From assembly GCF_006345805.1 (NCBI RefSeq), contig NC_042998.1, positions 108,996,001 to 109,060,000 of the forward strand: a stretch of 64,000 nucleotides of DNA, written 5' to 3'. This DNA is from Octopus sinensis. Taxonomy: Eukaryota. The notes under the pieces are model-generated. The model saw only the letters and a program-made list of their open reading frames with translations. It was not told the DNA's origin and did no database searches. The translations under genes were made by a program, and so were the position numbers. Below are positions 1 to 10,820 of this stretch, piece by piece. Every line of letters starts with the position of its first letter. Position 1 is the first letter of the stretch.

Positions 1-944
1 TCCTACTCTTCAAGTTCCTATGAAGTACTCTTTCAGAAATTTTCCACGATAATAGCAATCTACCTATCTATCTACTCTGTCTGTAAAGATAATGATGAAC
101 TTTTATGCTATGAATTGCTATGTTTTCTTAAAGCCATCATCATTACCCATTCATTTGTTTTCGTTCGTGACCATAGAATTAAAATCACTGTTTTAATTTA
201 TATACTGAAATCGTTTAAGCTCATGATGCCATATAAATTACAATCTATAAGTTCCACAATGTAGGAAGTCTACTTCATTTAAACTTTTATATTATGCAAG
301 GATGTTTTCTTTTTAAATAGTTACTTCTGAAATTCATGTTGGTTAATTTCCAAAGAAACAGCTTGGCTTTGTTTAACGCTGCTGAATAGTTTTTATTTCC
401 ATCGGAAACATTCTAAATGGAATATTTTGTAAGATATTATGGCAGATGTTTCATCACAAAAGCTTCATTAGTGATTGAAGGCAATATTAATGATAGTGCA
501 TTATAGAGTCGCGAAGAAGTGGATCGTTAGAATTAACATAAATTTGATATGCAAGAAATCCAGAAGAAATATGTAATCTATCCTAAAGATTTCTTAATTA
601 TAACCTACCGGTAATCATTATTTTTCTTTCTTGAAAATTTTATTGCTGAAGTATATCAACCAACCTCCTGATATATTTCTGATCAAGTAATGCATCACTA
701 CCGTATTGTTCACATTTATTTTCTAAACTGTCTTGAGAAAGCTGAGAGAGAGAGAGAGAGATGTATTATTTCCTTGCATATAACATGTGCAATTGAAATG
801 TTAAGTACTTGTGACTTTTCATTAGATTCTTTTATTTGGTTGGTTTTCTAATGCATACCTTCGTGAACAATTATTTCACGAGTGTTCCAAATGGTGAATT
901 AGTGGTTCACTGCACACTACGATGACTAACATGGATACTGTTGT

Positions 945-1160
945 AACCGGTTGCTCACTATATAATTCTCCAACTAACGTTTCTCTTTATACATTTATAA
1001 CCAATGTTTCGCTATACAGCACTACAACAAACGTTTCACAGTAGACCAGTATAACTAATGCTTGACTGCAGACCACTTCAACAAATACTTTGCTGTATAC
1101 CACTGCAGCTAATTGTTCACTACAGCCCTATATAATCAATGGTTCACAATACAGCAACTG
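945..1160. repeat. Degenerate 27-bp minisatellite (about 8 units)
   Basis: Unit starts at 945, 972, 999, 1026, 1053, 1080, 1107 and 1134, an exact 27-bp spacing (e.g. aaccaatgtttcgctatacagcactac / aacaaacgtttcacagtagaccagtat). Confidence 0.8.
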
Positions 1161-2229
1161 GTTCACTGTAGATCACTACAGCTACTACTACTACTACAAC
1201 AAACGCTTCACTGTTATCTCTACATAATCTCTGCAATCAGTAGTTCGTAATATAACCTACTTCCCAAACTATAATGCTGCAATATTTCTTTCTAATTTGA
1301 ACCTAGTTCGAATAATTACATCAATGATTAGTAAGATCTTTTAATACTTAAAAAACGTTAAACTTTCAGTTAAACAAAACTTGTAGACTACGTAAACTAT
1401 ACACTGAAATAACTAGCGATAATTTCGGTACAGTTTTGTTTAATGTATTTTAAAATCAATTACTAGAATAAGGGTTGTTAGGTAAGTGAAAATTAGTCTT
1501 TAACGTATAAACTTCGTTTAATTATTACAATACAGATCGAACATTTGAAACGTTATAAAAATACAACGGCTAATTTCCAGAGGCTAGGTTCGTCATAGCG
1601 TCCACTGTTTTAATTGAAAATTTTACTCAATTATATTTCGAAATAAAACTTTAAAACGATTATTCTGACACGAAACAATAATTTATAGTGACGATACTTC
1701 CTTTTTCATTGGTGTAATACTATCGTCATGATGTATGTATTTTTTTATCTGCTTAACATATGAAAAGGAGTAGCATACTGATTGGCATAAAGTCACTCAC
1801 TGACACGTTCTAGCCTGTTGTCCATAGGCAAATTATCTCTTCATTTGTCTTTACTATTGTAGCTACATTTCTTCAGGTCTGGCTGGGATCATATCACATC
1901 CTCTCAAACATTTTCATTCAGCTCGTCCCTCTCTCCAGAGCTTCGACTCTTGAGAATTCTCTCCAGTTTCATATTTTCCTTGCTGTTGTTGGCTTACAAA
2001 AGTTGAAGGGAAATGTTTGTAGTAGCATTCTTATCAGATTAGATGGGCCTTCAGATCCCATAGGCACTGAATCTTCCTTTTGTCCCAGCAAGTAAAATAA
2101 AGCATTGATGCCTTCACAGTGTTGGAATATAGCCTCTAGTTAACTCTGATCGAATAAAACCTATAATAAAAATCGTTTAAACTGAGGCAAAACATGATTA
2201 CGTTATCCACTCTATCGTTTCTTTTAATA

Positions 2230-3620
2230 TTAGTTTTATTCGTTACATTATGTTTTTAGAAGTTTCATCGAAATAGTACTACAAGCGAAACGGCCAAAAA
2301 TGCGAAAAAGCTTTATGTCTAGACGCAACGAATGAAAGGACTTGCGTAATGTGGTTTGAAAAATTCAAATGAGGTATTTTTAATTTAGGAGTGGCTATGT
2401 GGTAAGTAGGTTGCTTACGAACCAAATGGTTTCGGGCTCAGTCCCACTGCGTGGCACCTTGGGCAAGTGTATTCTACTATAGCCTTGGGCCGACCAGAGC
2501 CTTGTGAGAGGATTTGACTCACGGAAACTGAAAGAAGCCTGTCGTATATATGTATATATGTATATATATATATATGTATGTGTTTATATGTTTGTGTGTC
2601 TGTGTTTGTCCCCCCCACCCGCCAACATCGCTTGACAACCGATGCTGGTGTGTTTATGTGCCCGTAAACTAGCGGTTCGGCAAAAGAGATGGATAGAATA
2701 AGTACTAGGCTTACGAAGAATATGTCCTGGGGTCGATTTGCTCGACTAAAGGCGGTGCTCCAGCATGGCCACAGTAAATTGACTGAAACAAGTAAAAGAG
2801 TAAAAGAGTCTAGATCAGGACATCCCTTCAAACTGAATGACAGAATGGTAGGGAGAACACGTGCAAGACATACTGCTGTATCGGAGAGAGCTCTACTAAA
2901 ATTAATGTTAGTATTATGAGTAAGCATAATCATTTCAAGAAGTTACGAAAAGTGTTAAAGTAGGGGAAATGATTCATCATGCAAATCGTTGACGAAGACA
3001 ACTGCCAAGAATCAACCGATGCATGTAACTTCCAAGCACCATGTTTAACCGTTTCCCATTAGGGATAAAAGATAGATTCTTTACAACATTAAGCGCCAAT
3101 ATTAAGTGGGAGACTAACTCTAAATCAAAATCCCGTGCAACATCCACGAAAGTGACCTTACCTAAAGACAATTTTCTTGAATTTATAGTTAGGTGCAGAA
3201 GGTATCATTTGTTATGAGCTTTTAGAACCGAATCAAACAATGAAGTCTATCGTTAGAACTTTACAGTGTGAAAACGACTTTGGACTAAAAAAATACCCTG
3301 TATAAATAAACCGTACAAGTTCTCTTTAATGAAGCTAATATATGACCCTACATCATTCAAGTCACTAAACGTTTTCTGGAATATTTCGTATGAGAAAATT
3401 CGTACACCTTACATGTGTTCCAGCAATCACTCCGTCAGATTTCCAATATGATCTTTGCAAAACCATTTAGACAATGGATATATATAGCCAGCAGGAAAAA
3501 ACACAGAACATGAATAATAAGATATATTTTTCTCTTCAAAACCCAAGGAACTTTGCAAAATCTTGCAAACATATGAAGAGAAGAAGCAAATGAATATGAA
3601 GGAAATTATAAAGATATTTA
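2230..3620 (+). mobile_element. Decayed mariner (Tc1/mariner) transposon, interrupted by a SINE
   Basis: Transposase-like peptides on both sides of the SINE: DATNERTCVMWFEKFK*GIFNL (about 2323-2388), RSGHPFKL (about 2812), EGIICYELLEPNQTMKS (about 3198-3250) and a degraded xPSDF motif (about 3425). Many stops and frameshifts; TIRs not identified. Confidence 0.6.
2387..2809 (+). mobile_element. tRNA-derived SINE, family A (full length)
   Basis: tRNA-like head (ggagtggctatgtggtaag...ggtttcgggctcagtcccactgcg), central (TA)n/(TG)n tract, 3' ggcggtgctccagcatggcc...gactgaaacaagt(aaaagagt)n. Homologous copies at 15914, 30901, 36083, 52225 and 54274. Confidence 0.9.
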
Positions 3621-4339
3621 AATCTCGTTTTACAAGCTCTATGTACAACTTTCATATAACAAAATCTTTCTCTTACAATCTGTTTTGTGGCAACCAATTA
3701 TTCCTCTAGCAAATTCTTTGATAAACCATCTGTTTGGTCACTTGTTCTAAAAAATTTTATATCAGCAAGTGTACAAAAGTATTTTCAAAACTTTTGCTGA
3801 TATTTTATTTAAAACACTAAACAATTTAATGATTTTTTCCTGATATTGATGTTGAGCATCAGGTTAGCATCAGGTTAGGACAAATTATATTAATCACTGT
3901 ATTATAACTGTATTATCTAATCTATTACGGTATTATCTAATCGGTATATTAATCACCCTTCTCTGTTCTTTTTTGAAGACAATGTTATGTAATCTGAGGG
4001 AGATTTTGTTAGTAGTTCTAACACCTGAAACGACAACATAAGTGTTCCCTCTCGTATAGTATTAAAATACGGCATGTTTAATTCTAGTGTTCGCCTAGAA
4101 CATACGAATTTCGTAAAACTATCGATTTGCCAAAAGGACATATGTTGTAGGCCACGGTATTTTTATATTTTATAGAAAGTTCTAGCTTATAATTTTAGCT
4201 TGTTGCTTCAACCATTCTATTAAGTAGTGAATTTCTATCTGTCGCTTTCGTTAGCTTCTTGACATTTCAACTTATTTTGATGCGAACTTCGGATGAGACA
4301 GTTTGTTTCGTGTCCTTGAGATCGTATTGAAAAGAAAGT

Positions 4340-5385
4340 ACCAAAATGAACATCATCTACACCTCATGATTTTTTATCCTAAAATAGCCATGTAAGCGGC
4401 GGAAATCGGCAGGGAGATATGCACAGTGTTCGGATAGAATGCTGTTACGGAACGTGTGTGCCTGAAATAGTTTTCAAGACTTCGATGGAGAAATGTTTCA
4501 CTACAAGATTCAACTTGCTTTGGTTGGCCAAATGAGAATAACAGCGCTACCAACCTTGTTATACGTGCAGGATGATCAGAGGTACTCTCCAAATATTCCA
4601 TTTCGAGTTTTGAAAATTATCTGTATAAACTTGGTTACGTCAGCAGGTTCACTGTTTGGGTCTCACATCAATGAAATGCGGCTAATACCGCCCGATAGAT
4701 TTTCATCTGCGATTACTTGCGGAAACGTGTAGAAAGCGATACTTTTTGAAAAGCATAGTAACATAGAAGCACAAAATGGATCACCTATAACAATGCGAAG
4801 CACAAACGACTATGAGGAAAGCGCAGCAAACGACCACAAATAACCTCCAAAGCAGGAGTTCACTAGAAAACGGTTAGGCTTTCAATTTGGTGGGATTTGG
4901 AAGGTGTCTGTTAAGAGAGTCTTCCCACGGACGGAATCATCAATTTGGTTAATTACAGTGAACAGCTGGAAAAGTCGAACGGAGCGATTTATCAGAAGCG
5001 TCCAGCACTTTCTGATCACAAAGACATTATCTATCATCGTCATGACAATGCATAACGACACACTTCTTTGCAGACATGGCAGAAGTTATTGGGGTTTGAC
5101 AGGGAAGTTTTGCCGCAACTTTCGCATTCACCTGACTATGCGCCATCAGATTTCTACCTGTATATTCCTACAAAATGCATTGAATGGTCAGAGCTTCTAC
5201 TGTAAATAGGATTTTAAAATGAATCTGAAGGAGTTTTCCGCGAATAAAAACAAGACATTTTTTCAACAATAGACTTGCCGAAAATATGGCAGAAGATACT
5301 GGAAAGCAATGACGTAAATTAATCACTTTGTGTTTACAACTTGTGCCCTTGTTCGCTTTCAATGAACTCTTCGGCCAACCCAATA
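4340..5385 (+). mobile_element. Decayed mariner transposon with right TIR
   Basis: Peptides HDNA*RHTSLQTWQKLLGFDREVLPQLSHSPDYAPSDF (DD34D third-Asp region, consensus YSPDLAPSD) at about 5040-5155. Right TIR ...ttcggccaacccaata followed by TA at 5386. Shares aggctttcaatttggtgggatt with the element at 44230-45232. Confidence 0.75.
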
Positions 5386-5460
5386 TATGTATATGAGTGT
5401 GTGTATATGTGTTTTGTATGTATGTATGTATGTATGTTTGCATATCAATATGAGACAGCG

Positions 5461-5654
5461 TGTGTATCGTCGGCGATTTTTTTTCTCCGGCTTCCCTTCT
5501 TTGGACTTTTTCTATATTTATGATGAAAAGCTCCGCTCGAAGCGTGAAATCCTCTTACTTTTCTTTCCTTTCCTAAGCGTCCAATAACGCTGTACTTATC
5601 CCGCGTTGTTGTTTATCTCGTGTTGTTGTTTTCTTGCTTGTTCGTGCTTGGATT

Positions 5655-5657
<3 letters not shown>
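5461..5657 (+). mobile_element. Short PLE-type (pLTR-like) repeat with degenerate hammerhead motif, ending at (TA)n
   Basis: 5520-5550 reads (a)TGATGA-A-aAGC-tcc-GCTC-GAAgC-GTg, a mutated CUGAUGA/stem II/GAAAC-GU layout. Confidence 0.45.
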
Positions 5658-5694
<37 letters not shown>

Positions 5695-5696
<2 letters not shown>

Positions 5697-5714
5697 TCTT
5701 TTACTCTTTTACTC
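5695..5714 (-). repeat. Remainder of the LINE 3' tail (ACTCTTTT)n, split off by the Gypsy insertion
   Basis: actctttt-actctttt-actc matches the tail repeat that continues at 11324 (actctttt-acttgtttcag). Confidence 0.8.
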
Positions 5715-5748
5715 TGTTGAGTGTTCTCTGGAAATTTGGGGTCACCAC

Positions 5749-6252
5749 TGTAAGGAATATGTGATATCTCCGCTTGCACTTTTGGGGTGCAAGTTGGTGC
5801 AATCACTTTCCGTTGCTTTTATATCCAGACTCTACCAGTCAAAGAAACACAAACCGCAGACGTAAAAAAAATAGACAAACTTTATTGTTTTATACCGGTG
5901 AGAAATCAGTGGTATATCTGATGTCCAAAATGGCGTCCTGAGGAAGAAGATGATTTGACTGCAACAATTCAGGTTAAAAGTCTTCGGCCAAAGGACTGCT
6001 GCTATCAAAACCGGAGAGAGAGCGAATTAACCGTCTGCTTTGGTGAAATGCCTGCCGCTGTCTGTCGGACGCTAATGGTCAACCTTTACGCTCCCTTGCC
6101 TCTTTGTTAAGGCTCACGCTCCCTTGCCTAAGGCCACGTCAGCAAGGCTGTCAGCTAAGGCCACGTCAGCAAAATTCCCTCTTTCGGACTTCGTGTATTC
6201 GCGAGAGGGCGTTGCGCGCGCGCGCGCTGTTGTATAGGATCACTTCACTACA
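5749..6252 (-). repeat. 3' LTR (504 bp, TGTAGT...TTACA on minus strand)
   Basis: Identical to 10821-11323 except one extra A (cggccaaaggac versus cggccaaggac, about 5990). TATAAAA followed immediately by AATAAA on the minus strand (5881-5894). Confidence 0.97.
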
Positions 6253-6254
6253 AA

Positions 6255-6264
6255 GCTCCCCTCC
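6255..6264 (-). promoter_or_regulatory. Polypurine tract (plus-strand primer)
   Basis: Minus strand GGAGGGGAGC, then TT, then the TGTAGT start of the 3' LTR. Confidence 0.85.
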
Positions 6265-6461
6265 AGTGCCTAAGCACGAACAACAATTCCTTGTAGTGAC
6301 CATAAAACTCAAGGTGGACACCAGACAACCAAAAATAGCACACAATATAACACATTAAACAGCAAAAAAAAATTCACCTTAAAGGTAAAAAGAGAAAAAA
6401 TACTCAAAATGAGCAAAGTTCAATGAGTACTGAACTGTCACTGGGAAGTCAATTGAAAATG

Positions 6462-7649
6462 TCAAATATAAATAGTTTTGGAAAGTTTTTTCGGCCAGTG
6501 AACAGTTCTGCCTGACCTCGTAACATAAGGTCTGTTCGAGGCAGGCTGCGACGACGAAGGTGGTGTTGTCGATGTTGGTGTTGATAATGGTGCATGTGTA
6601 AATAGTGGTGTTGTCAAAGGTGCATGTGAAGGTTCAACGATGGTTGTGGCAGTGGGGTCATTAAGAGATGTGGACACCTCAAAATATGCCCTTTTAAGAC
6701 GATCTACGGAGATGGTCTCCGAACGACCGTTAATTTCAAGTTTGAATACCTTCGGCGTGCGAGAAATCACACGAAAAGGTCCTTTATAAGGAGAAACAAG
6801 AGGTCCTTTGACAGAATCATCACGAATAAAAACATGCGTCCAAGAATTAAGGTCTGATGGCACACTAGAAGGAGGATTTTGGTGTCGAGGGTCCATAGGA
6901 GGAAGGGCAGAAAAATATCTGCGTAATCGAGCAACATAAGACTCTAAATTAAGAGACTGTGACTTGTCTGGCACCAACATCGTACCAGGCAATGCCAGTG
7001 TGGTACCATACAAGAGCTCGGCAGACGAAAAACCAAGGTCTGCTTTAATCGCAGTCCGACATCCAAGCAGGACGATCGGTAGAAATTCAGTCCATGTCTG
7101 TGGATTCGGCGAGGCACGCAAAGCGGCCTTAAGTTGCCTATGGAAACGCTCCACCATCCCATTAGAAGCGGGGTGGTAACTTGTGGTGCGTATATGATGC
7201 ATCCCCAGGATTCGTGATAACTCACGAAACAATGCAGACTCGAATTGTCGACCACGATCTGTGGTTAAACTGTACGGTACACCATACCTCGAAATCCAAT
7301 TAGATACGAAAGCCCTCGCAACAGTTTCAGCTGAAATGTCTGCTATAGGAATAGCTTCCGGCCAGCGTGAAAAACGATCAATACAATTTAAAATGTATGA
7401 GAACCCGCGACTCACAGGCCATGGTCCAACCAAATCAAGGTGGATATGGCGAAAACGGGCTTCAGGAGAGGAAAATTGTCCAAGTGGAGCACGAACGTGT
7501 CTATGGACTTTAGCACTCTGGCACCTCAAACAAGAGCGTGCCCAAGAGGTAATTGATCGTCGCATATTGGGCCAGAAGAACCGAGCAGTAACAAGCTTTA
7601 CTGTGGCAGAGATACCTGGATGTGACAGTGAATGAAGAGCATCAAACAC
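6462..7649 (-). CDS. pol: Pol integrase region (frameshifted from the RNase H segment)
   Basis: HHCC (HSLSHPG...CLRC), DDE residues (HLDLVG, TTDRG, GMVERFH) and GPF motif (PYKGPFRV). The frame stays open upstream to about 7770 ([26 protein letters not shown]). Confidence 0.95.
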   Translation of the reverse strand: MFDALHSLSHPGISATVKLVTARFFWPNMRRSITSWARSCLRCQSAKVHRHVRAPLGQFSSPEARFRHIHLDLVGPWPVSRGFSYILNCIDRFSRWPEAIPIADISAETVARAFVSNWISRYGVPYSLTTDRGRQFESALFRELSRILGMHHIRTTSYHPASNGMVERFHRQLKAALRASPNPQTWTEFLPIVLLGCRTAIKADLGFSSAELLYGTTLALPGTMLVPDKSQSLNLESYVARLRRYFSALPPMDPRHQNPPSSVPSDLNSWTHVFIRDDSVKGPLVSPYKGPFRVISRTPKVFKLEINGRSETISVDRLKRAYFEVSTSLNDPTATTIVEPSHAPLTTPLFTHAPLSTPTSTTPPSSSQPASNRPYVTRSGRTVHWPKKLSKTIYI

Positions 7650-7743
7650 GGAACGTTGATGTTTCTCAGGTACTAATGGTCTAGGTGAACCGGTAGAAAC
7701 GTCACAAAGAATAGAGCCTTCCGCTGTAGGGAGCGGAAGGTAG

Positions 7744-8364
7744 TCAGTTAATAAACTTAGGCGAAGTTAAATCCAACTCCTCTAAAGGTGGTTGTTCCTG
7801 CGAAATAGCAGTTAAATCAATTGCTGCAGGAGAGGAAATGGAATTGACATGGAGTCTAGAGAGAGCATCTGCAGGGACGTTCTCACTGCCTGGCACATGC
7901 CTAATGTCACTTGTAAATTGAGAAATATAGTCCAGGTGACGGAAAGCACGAGGAGAGAGTTTATCCGTTTTAGAAGATAAAGCAAAGGTAAGGAGCTTGT
8001 GATCAGTATAAATCACAAACTCTCGTCCCTCGAGCTGGTGTTGAAAATGCCGAACTGACAGATAGATCGCTAGTAACTCTCGATCAAAGGTACTATATCT
8101 GCGTTCAGCTGGCTTTAGCTGACAAGAAAAGAAAGCTAAAAGTTTAACTTCACCCTCTACGGTGTGCTGCAAAACAGCGCCAATTGCAGACTCTGATGCG
8201 TCCACAGATAAAGTAAGTGGAGCATTAGGAGCCGGATGTGCCAAAATAGGGACTGAAGCTAGTTCCTTTTTAACCAACTCAAAGGCAGACAGTGCTTCAG
8301 CCGAAAGAGTCAGACGGGCGTCCTTCTTGGAATTGCCCTTTAGCATTTGTGTTAAAGGTAACAA
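7744..8364 (-). CDS. pol: Pol RNase H region (frameshifted segment)
   Basis: [27 protein letters not shown] and ADALSR motifs of Ty3/Gypsy RNase H. Confidence 0.95.
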   Translation of the reverse strand: MLPLTQMLKGNSKKDARLTLSAEALSAFELVKKELASVPILAHPAPNAPLTLSVDASESAIGAVLQHTVEGEVKLLAFFSCQLKPAERRYSTFDRELLAIYLSVRHFQHQLEGREFVIYTDHKLLTFALSSKTDKLSPRAFRHLDYISQFTSDIRHVPGSENVPADALSRLHVNSISSPAAIDLTAISQEQPPLEELDLTSPKFIN

Positions 8365-8381
8365 CTTGTCCGCACACCGAT

Positions 8382-9665
8382 CTATGAAACGTCTATAGAA
8401 ATTACTATGCCTAAAAAATGGCGAAGTTGACGCAAAGAAGAAGGTGGTGCGATGCGCTGAATAGCATCGACTTTGGATGAAAGTGGTTTGATTCCTCTCG
8501 AGTCAATATAATGACCGAGAAAATTAAGAGATGGTTGCCCAAAAACACACTTGTCTGGATTAATGCGAACACCATAGTCGCGAAGACGCTGAAAAAGCTG
8601 AGACAAGTGCAGGAGATGATTTTCATGCGTATCACTTGCGATTAGAATATCATCGACATACGCGAAGACAAAATCCAGTCCGCGAACAACTTCATCTATA
8701 AACCGTTGGAAAGTACTAGTGGCATTCCTCAAACCAAAACTCATGAATAAAAATTCAAAACAGCCAAAAGGAGTAGTAATTGCTGTTTTAGGAATATCGT
8801 CTGAGTTGACCGGTATTTGATGGTAGGCACGTATCAGGTCAACCTTAGAAAAAATAGTACAGCCATGTAAATTTGCCGAAAAATCGTTTAAAATCCTTAT
8901 GGGATATTTGTCTGGAATCGTCACCGCATTTAGACGCCGATAATCTCCCACCGGGCGAAAATCTGTATCCCCTTTTCTTACTAAATGAAGGGGAGATGCC
9001 CATGGACTGGTGGAGGGGCGTACCAGACCGAGCTGGAGCATGTGCTCAAACTCAGCCCTAGCAGTTTTAAGTCGATCAGGTGCAAGACGCCTTGGACGTG
9101 AAAAAACAGGAGGTCCAGTTGTTGTTATAAAGTGTCGTGTCGAATGCAATGGCTTAGCCACCCTAAAGGTAACATCATATAGCTCTGGAAAAGAAGCTAA
9201 AAGAGAGTGAAAAACATCTCCAGATGTACCGACAAAAAATGTCGGGCTAAGAGCTAAATTGGTAGATTCTGCGGTCGGCGTGGAGAGTGTAGTCGAACTA
9301 TCGACCAACCTCCGACGTCTGACATCTACCAACAAATCAAATTTATCCAGAAAATCCGCACCTAAAATAGGATGCGGAATGTCGGCAATGACAAAAACCC
9401 ATCGAAAGTCTCGTCGAAGACCAATATCAAGGCGCAACGACATCTGACCGAATGTGGCTATTGGTGACGAGTCAATAGCGTGCAAGATGACGTTAGATCG
9501 CTTTGGCCTGTCAGTTGTGCAACGCAGAGGCCAAATACTGCAACAAGAACCAGTGTCTACCATGAAGTTTTTCTTCGACACTAGATCTTTAACAAAGAAT
9601 GCACGATAACCAGAACATGTTGTGGAGGAAGTTGACGTGCTCAAATTCTCCGAATCTAGTTTAAA
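8382..9665 (-). CDS. pol: Pol protease and reverse transcriptase, entered by -1 frameshift from gag
   Basis: Protease FMVDTGS; RT motifs WASPLHLV, DYRRLN, SKVDLIRAYHQI, FGLRNA and YVDDILIAS. The frame begins at the T TTA AAC slippery site (9659-9665). A missing A near 8402 breaks GIVNFYRRF. Confidence 0.95.
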   Translation of the reverse strand, partial: FKLDSENLSTSTSSTTCSGYRAFFVKDLVSKKNFMVDTGSCCSIWPLRCTTDRPKRSNVILHAIDSSPIATFGQMSLRLDIGLRRDFRWVFVIADIPHPILGADFLDKFDLLVDVRRRRLVDSSTTLSTPTAESTNLALSPTFFVGTSGDVFHSLLASFPELYDVTFRVAKPLHSTRHFITTTGPPVFSRPRRLAPDRLKTARAEFEHMLQLGLVRPSTSPWASPLHLVRKGDTDFRPVGDYRRLNAVTIPDKYPIRILNDFSANLHGCTIFSKVDLIRAYHQIPVNSDDIPKTAITTPFGCFEFLFMSFGLRNATSTFQRFIDEVVRGLDFVFAYVDDILIASDTHENHLLHLSQLFQRLRDYGVRINPDKCVFGQPSLNFLGHYIDSRGIKPLSSKVDAIQRIAPPSSLRQLRHFLGIVISIDVS

Positions 9666-10384
9666 GACTTATAAGTGCATGGCTGTGTGCACCTATGTGC
9701 ATTCTCTCCATACTTGGAGTGGTACCAACACAGTCCAGACTTAGACTGTGTTGATCTCGAGGATGAACGACTGCGACTTCGCGATTTTGAAGATCGCTTA
9801 CCATCGCGACACATCGCGTCCATCCTTTTAGTGAGGGTTTCTATTAGTTTAGAAAGCCCCTCAATTGAGGCCGAAGAGGTCTGTGAACAGGCACAAGCAG
9901 ACCGTGACGATGGTTGAACGGCAAATTCAACCATCTTATCAGCCATCATTGCTATTTGGTCCACTGTATTTGTCTCTAAGCCGGTTGCCAAAACGGTCTG
10001 TATATAGGCGGGCAACCTCGAGAAAAAGATCTTCCGAAGGAGGGGGGCATCTGATGCATTACAACTTAACTCCCTCAGTCTTCGTAAAAACTCTGACGGA
10101 GTTCTGTCCCCTAGTTGCTCATCTGCCATTAACTCATTGAAACGACTTTCCTCGCTTCGTGTATTTCTTTTTTCAACCTCTAATTTAACAGACGCATAAG
10201 TAGCGCCTGGACTAAGGTCTGTAATAAGGTCCCTTGCTGAAGATGCCAGTTGCGGCGGCATGCAACCATAAAGGATTTCCAACTGCTGCTCGGGAGTAAT
10301 ACTTTGTGCACGAAATTGTGCCTCTAACTGTGAAAACCACAGTGTGGCATCACCTGTAAAAGTAGGTAACGAACCCATAAACAT
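9656..10384 (-). CDS. gag: Gag (242 aa)
   Basis: N-terminal LPTFTGDATLWFSQLEAQF typical of Gypsy gag; QLGDRTPSEFLRRL; C-terminal CHCC zinc knuckle; stop TAG directly after the slippery heptamer. Confidence 0.93.
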   Translation of the reverse strand: MFMGSLPTFTGDATLWFSQLEAQFRAQSITPEQQLEILYGCMPPQLASSARDLITDLSPGATYASVKLEVEKRNTRSEESRFNELMADEQLGDRTPSEFLRRLRELSCNASDAPLLRKIFFSRLPAYIQTVLATGLETNTVDQIAMMADKMVEFAVQPSSRSACACSQTSSASIEGLSKLIETLTKRMDAMCRDGKRSSKSRSRSRSSSRSTQSKSGLCWYHSKYGENAHRCTQPCTYKSLN

Positions 10385-10809
10385 CTTGTAGCCTTTTATT
10401 CACTAAATGACTCTGTCAAATGGAAAAAAGAAAACTGACAACGAACCAACGCTGAACAGACGCAACAAGGAAAAACAAAGGGGAAAAAAGAAAGGAAGAA
10501 AGAAAGAAAGACCAACAATTGAACCAATAAATTTTGAATGTGCAATTTACAAAAAAAATGTTGTTTTTTTTTTTTTGTTTGTACTGTGTGCACAGAGAAT
10601 AGAAAAAAATTCTTTTCTTTTTTTTGTTTTTACCAACCTTCGCGTTTTAATCGAGAAAAAAAATTTCTTCTCTTTTTTTTTTTCTTCCGTGCGTGAGTGC
10701 AGATGAAGAAACAAACTGTTGAAAGGGACTGGAAAACAGGTTGGTCGTGTTTCAGACTTGGCAGAAAACTGGATTTTTTTCTTTTTTGTTGAGTGTTCTC
10801 TGGAACTTT

Positions 10810-10819
10810 GGGGTCACCA
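10810..10819 (-). promoter_or_regulatory. Primer-binding site complementary to tRNA-Trp 3' end
   Basis: Minus strand TGGTGACCCC, 1 nt after the 5' LTR end. It matches the first 10 nt of the known tRNA-Trp PBS (TGGTGACCCCGACGTGAT). A second copy lies at 5738-5747. Confidence 0.85.
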
Positions 10820-10820
10820 C

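Noticed and set aside
945-1160. Regularly spaced repeats as a CRISPR array (also 39560-40370)
   Set aside because: The units are contiguous, degenerate tandem repeats with no unique spacers, there are no cas genes, and the context is eukaryotic.
5715-5748. Extra PBS as a reverse-transcribed, uncleaved tRNA primer
   Set aside because: After the 10-nt PBS the sequence follows the element's own leader (23 nt, one mismatch), not the known tRNA-Trp sequence.
5620-6358. ORFs within the LTRs and antisense ORFs over pol (e.g. 6964-7635, 8162-8398, 9675-10140)
   Set aside because: They overlap LTR or pol sequence, are short and have no recognisable motif. There is no env-like ORF between integrase and the 3' LTR (only about 210 bp).
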